DNA of 35,451 bases from Asticcacaulis sp. (GTDB lineage: Bacteria > Pseudomonadota > Alphaproteobacteria > Caulobacterales > Caulobacteraceae). Below, one piece after another: positions 18,408 to 24,841 of the stretch. The stretch covers positions 1 to 35,451 of the forward strand of contig JBKBWB010000001.1 of assembly GCA_046289215.1 (NCBI GenBank), read 5' to 3'. How positions within the stretch are numbered: position 1 is the first letter of the stretch; each line of letters begins with the position of its first letter. The translations under genes and the position numbers were made by a program. The notes under the pieces are model-generated. The model did no database searches. It saw only the letters and a list, made by a program, of their open reading frames with translations, and had not been told where the DNA came from.

Positions 18408-18461
18408 AGTTGGAGGCATCGAGACATCATCTGCACCGGATGGACAGGTGCTTTTGCTGGC

Positions 18462-21400
18462 TCAATAGGTCAGATCGAAGCCAACACGCACATAACGCGG
18501 CGTGTTGTAGAAGGTGGGCATGCCGTAGAGCGCGCTCTTCACACCCGGGCCAGAGGTCTCGAAACCTTGCCGGCGCATGACGATCTGTTGATTGTTAAAG
18601 ATATTGAACACATCGGCGCGGAGAACGAGTTTACCGCCCAATGCGTACTTTTCTGGCATGGTATAGCGCAGGGACATGTCGACGTTCTTCGTCCAGTCGG
18701 TCTTGAGACCCTTGCCACGGCCCGAGGGTTTGCCGTCACAGAAGAACGAGATCGAGCCATAGCTGGCGGCGTAGGCGTCGGTCGGGTGATATCCCATGCA
18801 GGACAGACGGGCAGGGGATTGCACCAGAACGTTTGCCCCCACCGTCAGATTATCGGTCAAGGCATAGTTGCCCCACAGTTTGAGCGTATGGGCCCGGTGG
18901 TTGGACAACAGACCCTTGCCATTGTCGGTAAAGCCCGGCGCGTCATAAAGGTACGTTCCACCGGCTGTGTCCTGTGTCGCATTTGACGTCGCCGTCACAG
19001 TGCCTTCGTAGTTCCCGTATGACTTAGACAGGGTATAGGACCCTTGCAGACCCCATTTTCCGTCAAAGGCGCGCTTGAAATCAAAGACGAGCGCTTGATA
19101 GGTGCGGGTGGGCTTTGTGTAACGACCCAATTGCGCCGAGGTGAGGGTCACAACGCGCTGAGTGGTCTCGGCGCCATAGAGGCCCTGAAGGCGAATGGTC
19201 ACATCCCGATCGCCCGGGTTCCAGACGTGATATCCGGAGGATGCGCGATACAGCGAAGGATCCAGTTTATTGTCGACGAAGTACTGATTGATCGCGTCTG
19301 CGAAATCTGAATCTTCCGACACGTCGTCCAGTTCACGACGGGTATAGTTCGCGCCAACGCTCCACAGATCATTGATGCGATAGGTCAGGCCCAGGATCAC
19401 TTCCGTGTCCTTGGTGGGCTTCAGGTCAAACGCAGCCTTGGCATTAGCGGGTTCCTGGATCCCGCCCTGGTGTACGTTACAGTTGCCTTGGCCGATAGCC
19501 GTGTTGAGGAACGCCAGGCTGCCAATGCTGGATCCAGTCGGACAGGCCGAGTCATAATGCAGTCCTGGGATATTCAGGGCCGGACCAACCGCCGCCGGAA
19601 GCCCGGTGTTGGGATCAATGACAAACCCGCCCGCCGGTGCCGCAAACTTTTGTTCAAAGTCCAGGTCACGACCACGGAAGCCCAGGCTCATGGCAGGCGG
19701 AATATAGTTTTGACCGAAGGACCCATAGAGCTTCAGATTACCGTCACCAATCGGATCCCAGCTGAAGCCAAGACGAACCGCCATATTGTCTTTCAGATCA
19801 AGATACTTCTCGCCCGAAAGGTTGTATTGAATAAAGTCGTCTTTGCGCACGCCAATCTGAAGGTTCAGATCCGGAGTTACATCCCAGGAGTCCTGGATAT
19901 ACATGGCGTTGGCTTCGGCCGAGACATTGCCGCCCCACACCAGATAGCGATAGTTCAGGGCATCTTGAGCCGGGTTCAGCGGATTGGCTTCGTAGGTAAA
20001 GGTTGCATGAGCAGACCCCGGCGCCGCCTGGGTTTTGATCATGGCATTCTTTTCGGAGTCGATCCCGAAGCGCACATGGTGACGCCCAAAGGCTTCAAAC
20101 CGCAGATCGCCATCCACGCGATAGAAATCGCGCTCGATTTCGGTCACGAGGGCAGAGGTGCTGGCCTGAGACTTTGACAAGACCGTCGACCCGCCACCGC
20201 GCGTGTCAACGACATAGTAGTCCGTCGTATTCGCGGGCAGGTCGCTAATACGGTCTTCCATTCGGCCCATAGCCGCCGAGATAGAGAGCCAGTCCGTAAA
20301 TTTCCCGTTATAGTTTATAACGTGATTTTTGCCGCCGCGCTCTCTGATCAGCTTAAAGTTCGGGTTCAGAGCGCCAGTCTGCCGGGTTCCAGCAACATAA
20401 TTATAGCCCTCACGGGTATATTTGCTGGTCGTATCAAAGAAGGTCGCGGATAAGCGATGGTCTTCATTAATGTAACCATCAATTTTCAAACCAAAGAACG
20501 GATCCTTTGTGTTTGTAACTGCATTCATGCCTGATCTGTAGAGCGCTTGCTTTGCAGTAATATCATTGAATTGATATAAACCGTAAGCAAACAGCCGATC
20601 TTTGATGATGGGCCCGCCCATCTCAACGGTATATTGACGGCTGTCGTTTCGCTTCTGATCTCCGTGCTCAAAGAAAGTATCACGGCTGTTGGCGCGCCAT
20701 CCTTCGGGTTCAATATTACCGTGCAGCGCGAACATGAAATCATTCGTGCCGGATTTCGTGGTGGCATTCACAACGCCCCCCGTTGCGCGGCCGAATTCAG
20801 CGTGGAACCCGCCCGTCTTCACTTCGACTGTTTTATAAAAATCGAAGGGGATGAGCGCGCCACCAATAAAGGTATCCGGGTTGGTAATATTAAGGCCGTC
20901 TATATAGTAGGCGTTTTCTGCAACGGATCCGCCCGAGAACGACGCACCACCCGGCGTACCCGTTACACCAAAGCTGGGGTTGCCCGCAGAAACCATCGGC
21001 GCTAACAGAGTAACCGCCGTGATACTTCTGTTAATCGGCTGTGTCGACGTGATATCTTCCAGATCGATATTCAGACCCGTAGTCGTCTTGGTGAAGTCAC
21101 TGCGACGGCTTTTGCCACGAACAACGACGACCTCAACCCCTGCTTCAACACTCTGCATCGCGATTTCGTATCGCACTTCCTGCGAAACAACAACTTTGAG
21201 CTGTGTTTCTGTCGTGTTGTAATTATTAGCGCTGACCAGCGCTTTGTACTCGCCCGGAGGAAGGAGTGAGGCAACAAAACGTCCCGAAGCATCCGTAGTA
21301 AAGGTGCGATTTATACCAGTACTTTCAGATGTAAGATTAACATTTGCATTAGATACTGCCTTGCCTTTATCATCTTTAACTGTACCAATGATTGATCCAG

Positions 21401-21563
21401 TTGTATAATCTTGTGCCACGGCAACAGTTGGAATAATTGAAATTCCAACTGTAGAAATAATAGTGGCAGAACCAGACAGCAAACTTGTTGCTAATAAAAA
21501 AGTGCGAGATAGTTTGTATTTTGCAGAGCCTCTCTTTGGGCTCATATTTGTACTTTTTGTCAT
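18462..21563 (-). CDS. Oar-like TonB-dependent receptor with N-terminal carboxypeptidase-regulatory-like domain
   Basis: Signal peptide then AQDYTTGSIIGTV...LPPGEY, ENAYYIDG, KTGGFHAEFGRATGGVVNATTKSGTN, and a C-terminal beta strand ending in Tyr. SD GGGGAG. Confidence 0.92.
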   Translation of the reverse strand: MTKSTNMSPKRGSAKYKLSRTFLLATSLLSGSATIISTVGISIIPTVAVAQDYTTGSIIGTVKDDKGKAVSNANVNLTSESTGINRTFTTDASGRFVASLLPPGEYKALVSANNYNTTETQLKVVVSQEVRYEIAMQSVEAGVEVVVVRGKSRRSDFTKTTTGLNIDLEDITSTQPINRSITAVTLLAPMVSAGNPSFGVTGTPGGASFSGGSVAENAYYIDGLNITNPDTFIGGALIPFDFYKTVEVKTGGFHAEFGRATGGVVNATTKSGTNDFMFALHGNIEPEGWRANSRDTFFEHGDQKRNDSRQYTVEMGGPIIKDRLFAYGLYQFNDITAKQALYRSGMNAVTNTKDPFFGLKIDGYINEDHRLSATFFDTTSKYTREGYNYVAGTRQTGALNPNFKLIRERGGKNHVINYNGKFTDWLSISAAMGRMEDRISDLPANTTDYYVVDTRGGGSTVLSKSQASTSALVTEIERDFYRVDGDLRFEAFGRHHVRFGIDSEKNAMIKTQAAPGSAHATFTYEANPLNPAQDALNYRYLVWGGNVSAEANAMYIQDSWDVTPDLNLQIGVRKDDFIQYNLSGEKYLDLKDNMAVRLGFSWDPIGDGNLKLYGSFGQNYIPPAMSLGFRGRDLDFEQKFAAPAGGFVIDPNTGLPAAVGPALNIPGLHYDSACPTGSSIGSLAFLNTAIGQGNCNVHQGGIQEPANAKAAFDLKPTKDTEVILGLTYRINDLWSVGANYTRRELDDVSEDSDFADAINQYFVDNKLDPSLYRASSGYHVWNPGDRDVTIRLQGLYGAETTQRVVTLTSAQLGRYTKPTRTYQALVFDFKRAFDGKWGLQGSYTLSKSYGNYEGTVTATSNATQDTAGGTYLYDAPGFTDNGKGLLSNHRAHTLKLWGNYALTDNLTVGANVLVQSPARLSCMGYHPTDAYAASYGSISFFCDGKPSGRGKGLKTDWTKNVDMSLRYTMPEKYALGGKLVLRADVFNIFNNQQIVMRRQGFETSGPGVKSALYGMPTFYNTPRYVRVGFDLTY

Positions 21564-22038
21564 TGCATTAACTCCCCATTTCTTCTTATGCCACTTTCAG
21601 GCATTTTATAATTCCGGCGGAAATTTAGAATGCGAAAGGGCCTTGCGACGAAACGTGCGTTTATTGAGATAAAGGCGTATATTTGTAATGTTATACCTGA
21701 TTTTATTACATAAAATTTATATTGAATAGTGCGAACTGCCTAAATTATTGTTTGCAATGTAAAATATAAATTTGTTGGATTCTGAATAATGTAAGTATAA
21801 TATCAATATTATTTGTATAAATTATTACAAAACTCATGTTTTGTTTAAACGGCTTTGTGAAAGCGCCCGCGATCGCCGTCGAATGAGGATATGGCTAAGC
21901 CGTGGCGCTATTCCTTCCAATTCTTCGTACGCCATGTGTGGCTAGGCGAAATACAGAAATGACAGATGTGGGATCCAGCTTGGAGTCGCCTTAAAGGCAG
22001 GCTAGAGCTGCCTTTACGTTTGTCTGTTTGAGGCCCGC

Positions 22039-22977
22039 ATGAGCGTACTACCCGAAGAGTCGTCATCCGTCCCCGCATCCGCCACTGGCCGCCGCCGCGA
22101 AACCGGCAGCCTCTCCATCGGCGCGCTGAAAGCCTTTGTGGCGGTCGTCGATCAAGGGTCATTTTCCCGGGCCGCCCAGACCTTGGGGGTGTCGCAACCC
22201 AACGTCTCCAACCAGATTAACAGCCTCGAACAGATCTGTGGCGTCCGATTGCTGAACCGTCGCACCCAAAACCAGACCCTGACCGAAGCCGGGCGTGAGC
22301 TCTATACCCGGGCCCGGCTAGTGCTGAGCCGGGTCGAGGATTTCGAAGCGACGGCCAATCTGTTTACCGGCTTGAAGCGCGGGCGGTTGACCGTGGGCTT
22401 TTCCACGCCCCCCATTACTATGCAAATGATCAGCCGCTTTCAGCAAACCTGGCCGGATGTGTCGGTGCTGACGCGGCTTGGCAATACCCGGACCCTGACC
22501 CAGGATGTTCTGGATTGTCGGGTTGACGTGGCGATCCTGTCGCTGTTGGAGCCGGATCCCGCCTTGGCCTGTCATCGCGTGTTCGAACAGGGGCTGAATG
22601 TTATGGTCCCGCTCGATCACGCGCTGGCGAAGGAACCGGCGATTAGCCCCCAGACCCTTGCCACCCTGCCGCTGGTCGCCCGCGAAGACGGCTCTGTGAC
22701 GCGCGCCTTGACGGAAATTGCCCTCGGACATGGCGCGGCCTGTCTCGACCGGGCCTTCGTGGTCGAAAGCCGCGAGGCTGCCAAGGAAGCAACCGCCCAA
22801 GGCCTTGGATTTGCTCTGGTCCTCGACGGCGAAACCGGTTCGGACAGTCGGCTGTGTGCGGTTCCGGTTGCCCCCCTGACCCGCAAGGCCGGTGTTTATC
22901 TGGTGACGCTGCGGGAAAACCTCGAGATCCCAGCGGTTTCCGCCTTTGTGGCCCTTGCCGGAAACCCGCCCGGCTGA
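22039..22977 (+). CDS. LysR-family transcriptional regulator (resembles phosphonate-catabolism-associated LysRs)
   Basis: HTH GSFSRAAQTLGVSQPNVSNQINSLE, LTEAG, and REDGSVTR (CysL/CbbR-like effector domain). Lies immediately upstream of phnZ. The phosphonate link rests on context. Confidence 0.88.
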   Translation: MSVLPEESSSVPASATGRRRETGSLSIGALKAFVAVVDQGSFSRAAQTLGVSQPNVSNQINSLEQICGVRLLNRRTQNQTLTEAGRELYTRARLVLSRVEDFEATANLFTGLKRGRLTVGFSTPPITMQMISRFQQTWPDVSVLTRLGNTRTLTQDVLDCRVDVAILSLLEPDPALACHRVFEQGLNVMVPLDHALAKEPAISPQTLATLPLVAREDGSVTRALTEIALGHGAACLDRAFVVESREAAKEATAQGLGFALVLDGETGSDSRLCAVPVAPLTRKAGVYLVTLRENLEIPAVSAFVALAGNPPG

Positions 22978-22984
22978 TATTCGC

Positions 22985-23017
22985 ATATCAAATCTAATGA
23001 ACAACAAGATTTGATAT
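22985..23017. promoter_or_regulatory. Perfect inverted repeat upstream of phnZ (putative operator or RNA hairpin)
   Basis: ATATCAAATCT-N11-AGATTTGATAT fills most of the 44-nt intergenic gap. Confidence 0.55.
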
Positions 23018-23021
23018 AATT

Positions 23022-23615
23022 ATGACTGAGCTGTCACCCTCCCTTGCCGCTGTCGCAACCCTGCGCGCGGAAATCCTCGATATCTACCTGGGCAACGCCG
23101 TTCGGCCCTATGGCCTTTATGGGCTCAACCAGCTTCAGCATGCGTTGCAGTCGGCTGCCCACGCCGAGGAACAAGGCTTGTCCTCAGCCATGGTACTGGC
23201 TTGTCTCCTGCATGATGTGGGACACATGATCCACGACCTGGGTGAAGCCCCGGCCGAAGACGGCATCGATGATGCCCACGAAGCCCTTGGCGCCAACTGG
23301 GCGGCCGCCCGTTTTGTCCCGGCGCTGAGTGAGCCAATCCGGTTGCATGTCGCCGCCAAGCGTTATTTGTGCACCGTCGATCCGGCCTATGAAGCGCGTT
23401 TGGCCAAGGACTCGCGCATCTCGCTGGCGCTTCAGGGGGGCCATATGACCGATGCAGAACTGACGACGTTTTTGGCAAAGCCCTGGGCCCAGGATGCCCT
23501 TCACCTGCGTCGGATCGACGAACTGGCCAAGGACAAGCACGCCGTCACCGACCCTCTGGAAGCCTTTCTGGACCGGCACCTGTCCCCGGAACTGATGGTG
23601 TCCATCGCCCCTTAA
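23022..23615 (+). CDS. phnZ: HD-domain diiron phosphonate-cleaving oxygenase (PhnZ/TmpB family)
   Basis: Motifs NQLQHALQSA, LLHDVGH, HEALGA, HVAAKRYL, SLALQGG and LRRIDELAK, covering the iron ligands and the phosphonate-binding H, K, S, Q and R positions of the family. Confidence 0.88.
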   Translation: MTELSPSLAAVATLRAEILDIYLGNAVRPYGLYGLNQLQHALQSAAHAEEQGLSSAMVLACLLHDVGHMIHDLGEAPAEDGIDDAHEALGANWAAARFVPALSEPIRLHVAAKRYLCTVDPAYEARLAKDSRISLALQGGHMTDAELTTFLAKPWAQDALHLRRIDELAKDKHAVTDPLEAFLDRHLSPELMVSIAP

Positions 23616-23707
23616 TAACTGACCCAACGGATCAGGACATTTCGTCCGATTGTCTCTGCATCCCCGACTCTGTAGCTTGGTTATCCTTTGCAAGATCAAG
23701 GTGCGCC

Positions 23708-24562
23708 ATGACTGATCCAGACATCCTGACCGCCAATCCGTCTGCAAGTGACTGGGCCACACATCGCGGGGCCGCCTGGGCGGCGCATCTGACGGCCATG
23801 GAAGCAACGCTTGAGCCCGTCAATGCCCCCCTGATCGCCGCCTTGTCTCTGGGTGATCAGCCCTTGCGGGTCGCGGATCTTGGATGCGGCGGCGGGGCCA
23901 CGACCCGGGCGCTCAAGGACCAGGCGGTTGCAGGAAGCCAGATCGACTGCTTTGATATCTCTCCGGATCTGATTGACCTTGCCAAAGACGATCCGCGCCA
24001 TAGCGGTCTGTCCTTTTTCGTCGCAGACCTGTCTGTGACGGTGCCGCCTGCGGCAGCCTATGACCGACTGGTGTCACGGTTTGGCATGATGTTCTTTGAT
24101 GACCCGGCTGCAGCGTTTGCCAATCTGCGGCCCTGGCTGACACCGGGCGGGGTCCTGGCGTTTGCAGTTTGGGGCCGGCCCGAAGAGAATCCGTGGATGA
24201 CCGTCACCGCCGAGGTGATTGGCAAGTTTGTTTCCTTGCCTGCCCCCGTGGCCGATGCACCGGGTCCGTTCCGCTATGCAGATCCGGCCCCTCTGGCGAC
24301 ACTTTTAACGCGGGCGGGATTCCTGGATGTGAGTGTCGGAGCCTGCCGCCCGGATCTGTGGGTTGGAGGGGGTCTGTCCCCCGCTGAGGCCACGGATTTT
24401 GCCCTGTCCGCTTTCGGCGTCGCTTCGGCTCTGAGGGATGCGGACAGCATGACCTTGGCCGCCGTGCGTGCAGCCCTGACCGAGCATTTCAACCGCCACA
24501 CCGACACCCAGGGACACGTCCGCCTTAGCGCCTGCGTCCAGATCATTACTGCACAAGGCTGA
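23708..24562 (+). CDS. Class I SAM-dependent methyltransferase
   Basis: Motif I VADLGCGGG, plus DISPDLI, SRFGMMFF and LTPGGVL. Confidence 0.9.
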   Translation: MTDPDILTANPSASDWATHRGAAWAAHLTAMEATLEPVNAPLIAALSLGDQPLRVADLGCGGGATTRALKDQAVAGSQIDCFDISPDLIDLAKDDPRHSGLSFFVADLSVTVPPAAAYDRLVSRFGMMFFDDPAAAFANLRPWLTPGGVLAFAVWGRPEENPWMTVTAEVIGKFVSLPAPVADAPGPFRYADPAPLATLLTRAGFLDVSVGACRPDLWVGGGLSPAEATDFALSAFGVASALRDADSMTLAAVRAALTEHFNRHTDTQGHVRLSACVQIITAQG

Positions 24563-24804
24563 GACTGTCGGGAGGACTTCTGTCTTACAGCATTGCACAG
24601 TCTGTGGGCCGCATCGCTAAAAATGTGCAATTGACACCGAGGGACAAATTCCAGCCTCTTTTGTTGACAGCCTGTCATTTAGAGGGATAATGCGATTATT
24701 GTGGCAAAGTCCACGCCGCCGGGAAACTGGCGTTATAATAATGAGGAAACGTTTCTAATCGATCTGAAGTGCAGCCCGTCTTGGGTTTTGTTTTGGATCG
24801 TAAA

Positions 24805-24818
24805 TGACACCGGTGTCA
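24805..24818. promoter_or_regulatory. Putative LacI-type operator TGACACCGGTGTCA (pectin/hexuronate regulon)
   Basis: Perfect 14-bp CG-centred palindrome 23 nt upstream of the TBDR ATG. Its core recurs at 30832-30843. Confidence 0.75.
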
Positions 24819-24841
24819 AAGCCGCACCCAGGGAGAGTGAC

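Noticed and set aside
21908-22162. 84-aa minus-strand ORF overlapping the lysR start
   Set aside because: No motifs, overlaps a confident gene, and is likely spurious.
24701-24841. 47-codon in-frame extension of the pectin TBDR (similar extensions at 4118, 11256, 17498 and 30869)
   Set aside because: The extensions run through promoter, operator or leader DNA, and downstream ATGs have good SD sequences directly before signal peptides.
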